Source of the DNA: an uncultured bacterium
GTDB lineage: Bacteria > Cyanobacteriota > Vampirovibrionia > Gastranaerophilales > Gastranaerophilaceae
Length of the DNA stretch: 37,556 bases
Reading direction: 5' to 3'
NCBI GenBank assembly: GCA_900320675.1
Contig: ONTD01000028.1
Span: 1-37,556 of the forward strand
Part shown: positions 1 to 8,761 of the stretch, one piece after another
Position numbering within the stretch: the stretch's first letter is position 1
Layout: every line of letters starts with the position of its first letter
Notes under the pieces: generated by a model
Seen by the model: the letters and a program-made list of their open reading frames with translations, nothing else
What the model was told of the DNA's origin: nothing
Database searches by the model: none
Position numbers and translations under genes: made by a program

Positions 1-21
1 CAAGACAATCCACCCCTGCAT

Positions 22-996
22 TTATTTTTGGAATTTTTTGAAAATTACAGGATAAATCAGAGTTACAAACAACCCCATAATGAACATTATAGAAATAGCT
101 ATTTTCATTGATAGTGTATTCATAATGATATATTCAAGTACAAATTTGAGAAGCAGAAGGAGTAAAATTGTTCCGATAATGCCTCTGATGATTTTGTTTT
201 TCAGCGTGCCATCTTTTGGGTTGAACGGGAAAAATCTTCTGCATAAAAAACATCCGTTAATCAGTCCAAGCGCATAGCCGTATACGACTGATGTTACGTA
301 GATTGATTTTTGCGGATTAACCAAAAGTTCTCCTGATACATAGTCAATTCTATAACTGTTAAAAAAGTCTACATATATCAGAGCTAATAGTGCCAGTATA
401 TCAACGATTCCTGTTAGATATAAGTATCTGTTTTTATTTTGTTCTGCCCAGTTAATTAAGGAATTTATCGCAAAAATAAGTATAAGACCTATTGAAAGTC
501 CGCAAATAACGTCTTGCGGGGTGTGGACTCCGAGCCATAGTCTTGAAAATCCGATAAGTAAAATTAGCCCGATAAGTGTTGCACAAAGCCACTTTTTGTT
601 TCTTACAAGATATGCAACTCCGCCGATAATCGAGGATGCCATTGCTGAGTGTCCGCTCGGAAAAGAATAACCTTTTGCAAAAGGTACGGCAAGTTCTGAT
701 GGGTGCAGGCTATTGTTTAATATCCAAGGACGATACACGCAAGCCAGCATTTTGAAAAAATGAGTTAATAAAATATTAGAACTCTCTAATGAAAATAAGT
801 AAATTCCCGATTTGAAATCTATACACCAATATGTAATTGCACAAATCAAGGTTGGCAGCCAAAACTCGCCAAAGATTGTAATTGAGAGAAAAAATTTATC
901 AAGTGCTTCTAAATGCCCTATCCTAAAATTTTGTAAAAACAATAAACAATCAATTTGCGGATTTATCCATGACGGATTAGATAAACACTCAATCAT
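22..996 (-). CDS. PAP2-family membrane phosphatase
   Basis: 324-aa polytopic membrane ORF with the three PAP2 blocks: KMLACVYRPW (KxxxxxxRP), SFPSGHS (PSGH) and SRLWLGVHTPQD (SRxxxxxHxxxD). Confidence 0.8.
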   Translation of the reverse strand: MIECLSNPSWINPQIDCLLFLQNFRIGHLEALDKFFLSITIFGEFWLPTLICAITYWCIDFKSGIYLFSLESSNILLTHFFKMLACVYRPWILNNSLHPSELAVPFAKGYSFPSGHSAMASSIIGGVAYLVRNKKWLCATLIGLILLIGFSRLWLGVHTPQDVICGLSIGLILIFAINSLINWAEQNKNRYLYLTGIVDILALLALIYVDFFNSYRIDYVSGELLVNPQKSIYVTSVVYGYALGLINGCFLCRRFFPFNPKDGTLKNKIIRGIIGTILLLLLLKFVLEYIIMNTLSMKIAISIMFIMGLFVTLIYPVIFKKFQK

Positions 997-1058
997 AATA
1001 CCCTCTCTAATGTTCAGCTTACCTGTATACCTAATAAAATTATAATATAAAAATGCGG

Positions 1059-1607
1059 CTAAGAGTTTTTAAATTTGTCCGAATCAAGGTAGCGGATAAC
1101 TCTTGCCGGATTTCCTACGACGACTGCATTATCGGGTACATCTTTAGTAACAACTGCACCGGCTCCTACAACCGCATTTTCGCCGATTGTTACTCCCGGT
1201 AGTATTGTAACATTTACGCCTATCCATACATTTCGTTTAATATGAACCGGTTTGCAGGTTATAACGTACCTGTCGTACATATCATGGTTATTAGTCGCAA
1301 TTGTACAATTAAGCGAAATCATAGTATTATCTTCGATTGTGAGACCGCCGGCAGACATACATTGAAAATTGTTTAGTATAGTAACATTTTTCCCAATCTT
1401 AACTTTGTCGGCAAGGATTGTGAAGATTGGCGGATTTATTACGGTATTTTCACCCAGCGTATTGTTAAATAATTCATCAATAAGCTTTTTACATTCTGGT
1501 GTTGTTGGGTTTGTGTGATTAATTCTGAAACACAAGTCGGAGCTTCTTAACGCTTCGGCACGTCTCTCCGGAGATTGGGTTCTTACGTCAATTCTAACTT
1601 CTTCCAT
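1059..1607 (-). CDS. Sugar O-acetyltransferase (Maa/LacA-like hexapeptide-repeat transferase)
   Basis: 182 aa. C-terminal hexapeptide repeats (NVWIGVNVTILPGVTIGENAVVGAGAVVTKDVPDNAVVVGNPARVIR). Length and N-terminal region are typical of maltose/galactoside acetyltransferases. Confidence 0.85.
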   Translation of the reverse strand: MEEVRIDVRTQSPERRAEALRSSDLCFRINHTNPTTPECKKLIDELFNNTLGENTVINPPIFTILADKVKIGKNVTILNNFQCMSAGGLTIEDNTMISLNCTIATNNHDMYDRYVITCKPVHIKRNVWIGVNVTILPGVTIGENAVVGAGAVVTKDVPDNAVVVGNPARVIRYLDSDKFKNS

Positions 1608-1629
1608 AAATATTTTACCTTACTATTAT

Positions 1630-2103
1630 CTATAGGCTTTCCAGCCACTCATCAATTTTTCTTTCGGTTTGGGCTTTGTCTTTTTGTGCAATATGCCCAT
1701 ATATTGCAAATCCTCCGTTCAGGCTTCCCGAACCTTCGTGGGTGCAAAAATGATGAACGGTTTTCCCGCTAAAGTCGTAACTTTCTAAAAAGCTATATAC
1801 CGGCATTGGCATATCACCCCACCAGTTTGGATAACCTAAAAAAACAGTATCGTAATCGTCAAAGTTTTCAATCTTTCCGATTAATGCAGGTCTGATTTTT
1901 AATTGTTTTTCTTCCTTTGCATATTGTATCAACGGCGAATATTTGTTAGGGTAATTGTCTTCCAAAACTTTTATCTCGAACAAATCACCGCCTGTTTTTT
2001 GAGCAATAATCTTTGCAACAATTTTTGTGTTGCCTTCTGATATTTCACCGACGCTGTATTGTTCACCTGCTCTTGAAAAATAAACAATTAAAGGCTTTTT
2101 CAT
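1630..2103 (-). CDS. Flavodoxin-like protein
   Basis: 157 aa. The N-terminal MKKPLIVYFSRAGEQY and the WWGDMP segment are typical of the short flavodoxin family. It lies 3 nt downstream of the flavoprotein gene. Confidence 0.7.
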   Translation of the reverse strand: MKKPLIVYFSRAGEQYSVGEISEGNTKIVAKIIAQKTGGDLFEIKVLEDNYPNKYSPLIQYAKEEKQLKIRPALIGKIENFDDYDTVFLGYPNWWGDMPMPVYSFLESYDFSGKTVHHFCTHEGSGSLNGGFAIYGHIAQKDKAQTERKIDEWLESL

Positions 2104-2106
2104 TTA

Positions 2107-2748
2107 TTACCCCCTTATAAAATTAGTGAATACTGTCTCTTCGTGCTTTGGCATTGGAATACCTGCATTTTTGCCGGCTTCCTGACATTTTAGATGCCAT
2201 GCCATGTTGCGGGCAAGAATACGCATGTTTTGCAGACCTTCCTTATCTTGCAATACTTCGTCCGCAGTTGCACCGTGAACCATATTCCAGTATCTTCCTG
2301 ATATCATAGGCATTTGGGTAATCGCAAAATATTTGTTTAATTGATCTAATGCGGCAGTAGTGCCTGAACGTCTGGCGCTTACTATTGCGGCTCCCGGTTT
2401 ATGAAGGAAGATATCCCCCCTGCCTGATTGAAACGCTGTAAAAAATGCCCTGTCTAGGAATGCGGTAATTCCGCCGCAGGCAGAACCGTAGTGTACCGGC
2501 GAACCAAATATAAATCCGTCAAAATCTTTTGCGTAGTCAATAAATTCGTTAACTTTGTCGTCGTTTATTACGCATTTACCAAGCTTTGAACATGCATAGC
2601 ATGCTCTGCAAGGAGTAATAGAACCCGTACCGATTTGGTATATTTCGGAATCAATTCCTTCTTCTTTCAAAGTCTTTGAAATTTCGCTTAATGCGGTATA
2701 TGTACATCCGTTTTTATGCGGTGAGCCGTTAAATAACAGTACTTTCAT
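2107..2748 (-). CDS. Iron-sulfur flavoprotein / NADPH-dependent FMN reductase family
   Basis: 213 aa. It has the NADPH-dependent FMN reductase fold signature (MKVLLFNGSPHKNG) plus a compact CX2CX2CX5C cluster (CRACYACSKLGKC). An AAGGAG RBS lies upstream. Confidence 0.75.
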   Translation of the reverse strand: MKVLLFNGSPHKNGCTYTALSEISKTLKEEGIDSEIYQIGTGSITPCRACYACSKLGKCVINDDKVNEFIDYAKDFDGFIFGSPVHYGSACGGITAFLDRAFFTAFQSGRGDIFLHKPGAAIVSARRSGTTAALDQLNKYFAITQMPMISGRYWNMVHGATADEVLQDKEGLQNMRILARNMAWHLKCQEAGKNAGIPMPKHEETVFTNFIRG

Positions 2749-2909
2749 TACCTTTTAGTTCTCCTTCTTAAATATTTTTTATTAAAACGCTCCTGTTTCC
2801 TGCAGATTCTATTGCTTAGTTTGCAGAATTCGTTAAAAGTTTTTTCTTTTAAAATGCAATAAAACCTTATAAGTCATTGTAGCACAAATATTTATTAGAT
2901 AAAAGACTT

Positions 2910-4139
2910 TTATTCGTAGCGAAGTGCATCAATCGGATTTAATAAAGATGCCTTATATGCAGGATAATATCCAAATAAGACTCCTATTGCTCCGGAAAAT
3001 CCAAGGGAAAGTGCAATAGAAAAACCTGAAATCAATATATTCATTGAGGAAAAAATGTGAATACATTCTGAGCATAGTACACCTATTATTACTCCTGCAA
3101 TTCCTCCAATTATAGATAACAAAAATGACTCGATTAAAAACTGTATGCGTATATCGCTTGCTTTTGCTCCGATTGCCATCCTTATACCAATTTCTTTTGT
3201 TCTTTCTGTTACTGACACAAGCATAATATTCATAATTCCGATACCGCCTACAAGAAGTGATACGGAAGCTATGGCGCCAAGAAGTATTGACATAGTTTTT
3301 GCGGACGACTTTATTGTTTCCTGCATTTCGGCAAGATTTCTTATCTCAAAATCGTTGTCTTGAGTTTTTCCTATGTGGTGTCGTTGTTTTAAAATATCTG
3401 TGATGTCGCTTTGGGTTGTATCAAGTATATCTGAATCGGTTGCCTTCACGTTTATCATACTTACTGTTCCCGGAAAAGCTGTTCCGAATACCTTTTTTTG
3501 TGCTGTGGTAATTGGAATAAATACCAAATCATCCTGATCCATTCCCATACCGCTTTGCCCTTTTGATTTCAAAAGTCCTATAATTTTAAACGGAACATTC
3601 CCGATACGCATAGTTTTATTAATCGGATCAACATCTCCGAATAATTCTGTTGCGACAGTGTTGCCTATTATTGCAACTTTAGAACTGTTTTGATTATCTT
3701 CCGGTACAAAATTTCTTCCGCTTGAAATTTCATAATTTCTGATAAACAGGTATGAACCAGTTGTTCCTCCGATGGTAGAGGACCAGTTTTGATTACCATA
3801 GGTGAGTTGTTTGCTCTCGGAAGAATATGGAGCTACTGCAAGTATCCCTCGAGCATTTTTTTCTATAGCTTCGGCATCTTTTAATGTAAGCGTAGGTTTT
3901 GTTCCGAATCCCATACGTACACCGCCGGAATTTGCTGAGGCTGAGCGTACCATAAGAAGATTTGAACCCATGGATTCCATATCTTTTGCAATTTTTTCTC
4001 TCGCTCCTGTGCCGACAGCGAGCATTATAATGACTGCACTTACACCTATAATAATACCTAAACTGGTAAGCATTGAGCGCATTTTATTTATTTTTAACGA
4101 AATTATCGCCATTTTGAATATCGATTTGAAATCAAGCAT
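2910..4139 (-). CDS. ABC transporter permease, MacB/FtsX-type (4 TM with large periplasmic domain)
   Basis: 409 aa. It has an N-terminal TM helix, a ~230-aa extracytoplasmic domain and a C-terminal FtsX-type 3-TM bundle ending in the typical PAYKASLLNPIDALRYE. An AAGGA RBS lies 7 nt before the ATG. Confidence 0.9.
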   Translation of the reverse strand: MLDFKSIFKMAIISLKINKMRSMLTSLGIIIGVSAVIIMLAVGTGAREKIAKDMESMGSNLLMVRSASANSGGVRMGFGTKPTLTLKDAEAIEKNARGILAVAPYSSESKQLTYGNQNWSSTIGGTTGSYLFIRNYEISSGRNFVPEDNQNSSKVAIIGNTVATELFGDVDPINKTMRIGNVPFKIIGLLKSKGQSGMGMDQDDLVFIPITTAQKKVFGTAFPGTVSMINVKATDSDILDTTQSDITDILKQRHHIGKTQDNDFEIRNLAEMQETIKSSAKTMSILLGAIASVSLLVGGIGIMNIMLVSVTERTKEIGIRMAIGAKASDIRIQFLIESFLLSIIGGIAGVIIGVLCSECIHIFSSMNILISGFSIALSLGFSGAIGVLFGYYPAYKASLLNPIDALRYE

Positions 4140-4186
4140 ATGTCAGTCCTTTTCTTTTAGTAAGTTGTGTTTAAGACGTTAAGTCG

Positions 4187-4207
4187 ATAAGACTATAAGA
4201 CTATAAG
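4187..4207. repeat. Tandem octamer ATAAGACT, 2.6 copies
   Basis: Read directly: ATAAGACT ATAAGACT ATAAG. It lies inside the 175-nt spacer between the ABC ATPase and permease genes. Confidence 0.8.
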
Positions 4208-4314
4208 TTCTTTACGTTAGTTAGTTTAGATTCAACCTCTTTGGGTGCTGAATTAACATGTAATCCGATAAGAACTTGACGCAATTAACAATTTGACGTC
4301 TTATCGCCTTTACA

Positions 4315-5031
4315 TCACGTCTCCCTTGTTCTGTGTTTTACCCACTCAGCTTTTGGCATATCAAGTACTATATTTCCGTCCTTAAACTTAACAACACGTT
4401 TTGTATATTCCGCTATGTCAGGTTCATGGGTTACCAGTACAATGGTTTTACCCATTTCTTCATTAAGTCTGACAAAGAATTCCATAACTTCAATACTTGT
4501 TTTAGTATCAAGGTTTCCTGTCGGCTCGTCCGCCAAAATAAGCGGTGCATCATTGACAATTGCTCTTGCGATTGCAACACGTTGCTGCTGCCCGCCGGAC
4601 ATTTGATTTGGCATGTGGTCTTCTCTGTTTTTCAGACCTACAATATTCAATGCCCATTTAGCACGTTCAATTCTTTCACTTTCAGAAATACCCTTGTATA
4701 TCATAGGAAGACATACGTTATCTAAAGCCGAAGTCCTTGATATAAGGTTAAATCCCTGAAATATAAAACCTATTTTTTCGCATCTCACCATAGCCAGACT
4801 GTTTGAGTCAAGATGAAGCATATCGCGTCCTTCCAGATAATATTCTCCGGATGTCGGTTTATCAAGTGTGCCGAGCATGTTCATAAAAGTGGATTTTCCG
4901 GAGCCGGAAGTACCCATGATTGCGACGAATTCTCCATTTTCCACGTTAAGGGAAACTCCGTTTAGTGCATTGAAGCTTTCTTCGCCGGTTTGGTATGTTT
5001 TTATTGCATTTCTTACTTCTATTAAACTCAT
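4315..5031 (-). CDS. ABC transporter ATP-binding protein (MacB/LolD/DevA-type)
   Basis: Walker A GTSGSGKST, signature MSGGQQQRVAIARA and Walker B ILADEPTGNLD are all present. Confidence 0.92.
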   Translation of the reverse strand: MSLIEVRNAIKTYQTGEESFNALNGVSLNVENGEFVAIMGTSGSGKSTFMNMLGTLDKPTSGEYYLEGRDMLHLDSNSLAMVRCEKIGFIFQGFNLISRTSALDNVCLPMIYKGISESERIERAKWALNIVGLKNREDHMPNQMSGGQQQRVAIARAIVNDAPLILADEPTGNLDTKTSIEVMEFFVRLNEEMGKTIVLVTHEPDIAEYTKRVVKFKDGNIVLDMPKAEWVKHRTRET

Positions 5032-5057
5032 AATTTACCATTAATCTTTTTGTATTT

Positions 5058-6224
5058 TTAGAACATTCCAGGCGGTTTACGGCGTTGGTTTTTGCCTTTT
5101 TCATGTTTAACAACGTTGGAAGATCCGACAATAACTTTATCCCCTTCTTTTATCTCTTTAGAAATTATTTCAAATTTGGAATCGTCGCTTGCTCCTGTTG
5201 TTATATCCACTCTGTTAGGTTTTTTGTCTTTCATAATCCATAACCCTTGAGATTTATATTTTTTGCCGTCGGTTTCAGGAGTGTATTTCAATGCAATAGT
5301 CGGCGCACAAAGTACATCCTCGCTCTTACTTGTGATAATTGAGACATTTGCAGTCATCCCGGGTTTGAGCATCAAATCAGGATTATCAACTTCAACTATT
5401 ACGGAGTACGTTACGACATTAGATACTGTTGTAGGCTCTAATCTCACTTGAGTAACTTTTCCGTCAAAAACACTGTCAGGATAGCCGTCTAATGTGTAGG
5501 TTACTTCCTGACCTTCTTTAACTTTTCCGATATCAGCTTCTGATACGTTTACTTCAATTTGCATTTTTGTTAAGTCTTGCGCTATCGTAAATAGTTCAGG
5601 TGCCTGAAAGCTTGCGGCAACCGGCTGCCCAAGGTCGATTTTTCTTGCGATTACCGTTCCGTCAACCGGAGCAATTATTTTAGTGTAGCCTAAATTTGTT
5701 AAGGCGGTTTGATATGAGGCTCTCGATTGTTGAATTTTTGCCCTTGCTGCCCCTACTTGTGCCAAGTTAGACAGGTAGTCGCTTTCAGCTTGATCTAATT
5801 CACTTTTTGCAATAAAGTTTTTGGCATAAAGATTTTTGTATCGGGTGTATGTCTTTCTGGACATTTCCGTAACGGCTTGAATTCTTGCCATATCTGATTC
5901 TGCGGAATTTATTTGGGCTAAATTTTGTTCAACGGTTGCCTGAAAGTTTGCAGGATCTATTTGCGCCAATAATTGTCCTTTTTTAACTTGCGAATTGTAG
6001 TCTACATATATCGCCTTAATCAATCCTGAAACGGTAGAACCGACACTTACTGTGTTTACCGGATTAATTGTTCCGGAAGCTTCTACTACCTGTGTTATTG
6101 TACACTTTTGTACCTTTTGTGTTTCGTAGTGAACCCTATGTTTTATAGCACTATGTACAAAACCGCAGCCTATAAGTGCTGCTATAGCTAAACCTGCAAT
6201 TATATATTTTTTCTTGTTTGCCAT
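5058..6224 (-). CDS. Periplasmic adaptor (membrane fusion protein, HlyD/MacA/DevB family)
   Basis: 388 aa with an N-terminal anchor, coiled-coil hairpin, lipoyl and beta-barrel segments typical of MFPs. It is positioned between the tolC-like and ABC genes. Confidence 0.9.
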   Translation of the reverse strand: MANKKKYIIAGLAIAALIGCGFVHSAIKHRVHYETQKVQKCTITQVVEASGTINPVNTVSVGSTVSGLIKAIYVDYNSQVKKGQLLAQIDPANFQATVEQNLAQINSAESDMARIQAVTEMSRKTYTRYKNLYAKNFIAKSELDQAESDYLSNLAQVGAARAKIQQSRASYQTALTNLGYTKIIAPVDGTVIARKIDLGQPVAASFQAPELFTIAQDLTKMQIEVNVSEADIGKVKEGQEVTYTLDGYPDSVFDGKVTQVRLEPTTVSNVVTYSVIVEVDNPDLMLKPGMTANVSIITSKSEDVLCAPTIALKYTPETDGKKYKSQGLWIMKDKKPNRVDITTGASDDSKFEIISKEIKEGDKVIVGSSNVVKHEKGKNQRRKPPGMF

Positions 6225-6227
6225 ATT

Positions 6228-7712
6228 TTAATCCTCTACCGTTATTGTTATTTCTTGCGGCAAGGCAATTAATCTTTCAAGATTCGCCCTGGCTACGCTG
6301 TAATTGTAAACTGTTTGAACGTACGTATTCTGAGCCGTATTGTAATTCTGTTTTGCATCCTGTAACTCTATGTAATCACCCAGACCTACTGCGTATCTTC
6401 CGTCAGCAAGCTCAAAGTTTTCTCTTGTCTGACGAACTTTTACTGCCATTAATGGAATTTGTTTTTCCAACTGTACCATATTTATGTAGGCATTTTGGAT
6501 GTCAAAGTATATGTTCTGCTTCAATAAATCAATATCGTTTTTCGCTAAATCAACCTGTAATTTGCCGTTATCAATTTTAAATTTTTCTTGTGCGATATTT
6601 ACAGAAGTTTGCATCCCGACACTTGCATTAAGAGAGTTTGTCCTTACATGATCTCTAAAACCGTAACCGATTGAACCTGTAATATCAGGAAGATATTCTC
6701 GCTTAATGTAATTTAGTGCCTGTTTCATTGCTTCTAATGTGGCTTCATACGCCTTTAAATCAGGACGATTTTTTAAAGCTAATTCCTCACATTCTTCAAA
6801 GGTATACTTAAACGGTGTAAATTTATAATTTTCAAGAATTGCAAGTTTTTCAACCCTTGTTGTAAGCACAGCGTCATTTACCCCTGACGGCGGTGTGCTT
6901 ATATCTTTTTTTTGTTCTGATAATTTATCAAGATTTACCGGAATTTCGTTTGTAGAATAGTTAAACATTTCCGTATTTGAAATTTCATAAGCCGGTGCGT
7001 GCGCCACAAACATAGAATTATTCAATAAAACCAATGCGTTTTGGTAATTCTTTGTAGATTGCACAAAATTGATTTTTGAATCACTAAGGTAAACTTCTGC
7101 GTTCACTAAATCAATTTTAGACCTTATTCCTTGTTCAAAAAAAGCTTTCGTTCTCTGATAATTTCTTTCATTTATATCAACATTTGCTTTGTTAATATCC
7201 ATTGTCGCTTTTGCGGCAAGTACCCCGTAATAATTGGTCTTTACGTTAAATATCGTATCAATTACCGTATTATCAAAGTTGTATAAAGCTGCGATTTTGT
7301 TAAATTTTTGCATTTTAATTTGTGAATTGGTTTTCCCGAAATTCCAAATAAGCTGGTTTAATCCGGCATTAGCACTATAATAATTGCTGTTAATATCTCT
7401 GCTTTTTGCATAGGTTCCGTTGTAGTAGTAGCCGGTTCCTACGCTTAATGTCGGAAAAAATGATGCTTTTGCTATACTGACATCATTTTTTGATATTTTG
7501 TAATTATATGCTGCTCGTTTTATATTTGGGCTATTATCCAGAGCTATTTGAATACAATCAGATAGTGTTAATTTTTCACCCGCTTTTATTAAAGCGGTCT
7601 TTGATTCAAACGCAAAGGAATAAGAAGTTGTTAAAAGAAAAAGTATTAGTGCAGCACATATTCTCAGCATGTCTTTATATTTCAAATTATTAATCCTCAA
7701 GTTCTCACACAT
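6228..7712 (-). CDS. tolC: TolC-family outer membrane efflux protein
   Basis: Two-repeat alpha/beta TolC architecture with a signal peptide (LRICAALILFLLTTSYSFA). The ORF-track TTG start at 7745 lies inside the gene's own promoter (-10 at 7728-7733), so the real start is the ATG at 7712 or 7670. Confidence 0.85.
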   Translation of the reverse strand: MCENLRINNLKYKDMLRICAALILFLLTTSYSFAFESKTALIKAGEKLTLSDCIQIALDNSPNIKRAAYNYKISKNDVSIAKASFFPTLSVGTGYYYNGTYAKSRDINSNYYSANAGLNQLIWNFGKTNSQIKMQKFNKIAALYNFDNTVIDTIFNVKTNYYGVLAAKATMDINKANVDINERNYQRTKAFFEQGIRSKIDLVNAEVYLSDSKINFVQSTKNYQNALVLLNNSMFVAHAPAYEISNTEMFNYSTNEIPVNLDKLSEQKKDISTPPSGVNDAVLTTRVEKLAILENYKFTPFKYTFEECEELALKNRPDLKAYEATLEAMKQALNYIKREYLPDITGSIGYGFRDHVRTNSLNASVGMQTSVNIAQEKFKIDNGKLQVDLAKNDIDLLKQNIYFDIQNAYINMVQLEKQIPLMAVKVRQTRENFELADGRYAVGLGDYIELQDAKQNYNTAQNTYVQTVYNYSVARANLERLIALPQEITITVED

Positions 7713-7727
7713 ATACCTAACGACATG

Positions 7728-7756
7728 ATTATATAATTTGTTCAAAATTATAGCAA
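7728..7756 (-). promoter_or_regulatory. Sigma70-type promoter of the tolC efflux operon (TTGCTA-17-TATAAT)
   Basis: Minus-strand hexamers at 7756-7751 and 7733-7728 with an exact 17-nt spacer. Confidence 0.55.
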
Positions 7757-7761
7757 ATTGT

Positions 7762-7792
7762 AAATAAAAAGCTCTGTTTTTACACAGAGCTT
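7762..7792 (-). terminator. Intrinsic terminator of the 172-aa gene transcript
   Basis: The minus strand reads AAGCTCTG-tgtaaaaa-CAGAGCTT followed by TTTTATTTA. On the plus strand no T-run follows, so it is unidirectional. Confidence 0.7.
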
Positions 7793-7796
7793 AACA

Positions 7797-7830
7797 TTAA
7801 GGATTTAAGGATTAAGGATTTTTTTAGGAT
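7797..7830. repeat. Tandem TTAAGGAT repeats (3 copies plus a partial AGGAT after a T-run)
   Basis: The plus strand reads TTAAGGAT TTAAGGAT TAAGGAT tttttt AGGAT. On the minus-strand RNA this is AUCCU..AUCCUUAAUCCUUAAAUCCUUAA, directly 5' of the terminator hairpin. Confidence 0.85.
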
Positions 7831-7868
7831 TACACTAATAGTTATTCATTGTATTTTAAATTTTTTAA

Positions 7869-8387
7869 TTACCCGTTACCGCCAAAGAGTCTTTGTTGAC
7901 CTTCTTTTGCACGTTGTTCGTAGTTTTGAATTTGTGTCTTACAAATATCAAGATCACCTGCAATCTGAGTTTTCTTTCTTTCTAATACTTTTTCTTTTTC
8001 GTGAATAAGTTTTGCTTCATACTTAGCAAACTGCTGCATAGATTGGTCGTAAAAACTCTTATACATAGCTTGCTGATAATACTGTTGGACTTGAGCGTCC
8101 TGTTTTGCCATCATCTGTTGATAATACGGAGTCTGCATTAATTGTTGCATTTGATTCATTGCGCTAATCTGACTGTACTGGGAAGATGCATTCATATATC
8201 CCATTTGTCTTCCGTACATTGAACCTGGTGTGCTGAGCATTTCGCCTATTGAAACTCCCGAATCTGCGATGTTCTCCGCATACGATTTTAAATCTTCTAT
8301 TTCTTGTGTAATTTGCGTCAATTGATACTCATAATCAGCCTTTTTGCTGATGAGATCATTGATTTTCCAATGAGCTACTAAAAACAT
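7869..8387 (-). CDS. Hypothetical Q/M/Y-rich coiled-coil protein, 172 aa
   Basis: Long ORF with a purine-rich RBS (AAGGTAGGGG) 5 nt upstream of the ATG, its own promoter-like box (S1) and its own terminator. I recognise no family. Confidence 0.6.
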   Translation of the reverse strand: MFLVAHWKINDLISKKADYEYQLTQITQEIEDLKSYAENIADSGVSIGEMLSTPGSMYGRQMGYMNASSQYSQISAMNQMQQLMQTPYYQQMMAKQDAQVQQYYQQAMYKSFYDQSMQQFAKYEAKLIHEKEKVLERKKTQIAGDLDICKTQIQNYEQRAKEGQQRLFGGNG

Positions 8388-8463
8388 AATCTTACCCCTA
8401 CCTTATCTTTTTTATAACCTTTTAACTAACCTTACATTTATATAAAAACTTTTGGGTTTTTAA

Positions 8464-8502
8464 AATTGCCATAAATATGAGCTTTGTTAACATTTCTTAA
8501 CA
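8464..8502 (-). promoter_or_regulatory. TGTTAA-box promoter-like element S1
   Basis: The minus strand reads TGTTAA-GAAA-TGTTAA-caaagctcatattta-TGGCAATT. It lies about 75 nt upstream of the 172-aa gene ATG. Confidence 0.6.
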
Positions 8503-8529
8503 AACGTGCGGCGTCAATTGTTTTTGAAA

Positions 8530-8558
8530 TTGAATTTTACTCAAATGTGGGTTATAAT
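8530..8558 (+). promoter_or_regulatory. Near-consensus sigma70 promoter (TTGAAT-17-TATAAT)
   Basis: Hexamers at 8530-8535 and 8553-8558. The next plus-strand start codon with an RBS is at 8762, which implies a ~195-nt leader. Confidence 0.55.
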
Positions 8559-8761
8559 TGATATATATGCTAGTGAGTTGATTTGTATCCTTATGTATTA
8601 TTAATTAAATAACAAAAATTAACTAATTAATTAGTGCTGCCAGGGTAATTTGTAAATACATGAAGTAATAGGCTCTATATAATTATATATTTGTCAATAC
8701 TGATATTGAATAAAAATAAAATTAGAAATTTTAAATTATCATTATATAAAAAGAGGTGCTT

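Noticed and set aside
4185-4306. A MITE-like insertion delimited by the inverted repeats CGATAAGAC and GTCTTATCG.
   Set aside because: The inverted repeats are only 9 bp, no target-site duplication flanks them, and no second copy is in the window. It is kept only as a structured spacer.
80-4725. Short ORFs antisense to or overlapping the PAP2, acetyltransferase and ABC genes: 80-277, 812-1045, 1575-1772, 3145-3363, 3802-4182, 4333-4725 and 4415-4606.
   Set aside because: Each is fully embedded in a confidently assigned gene on the other strand or in another frame. None has an RBS or recognisable motifs.
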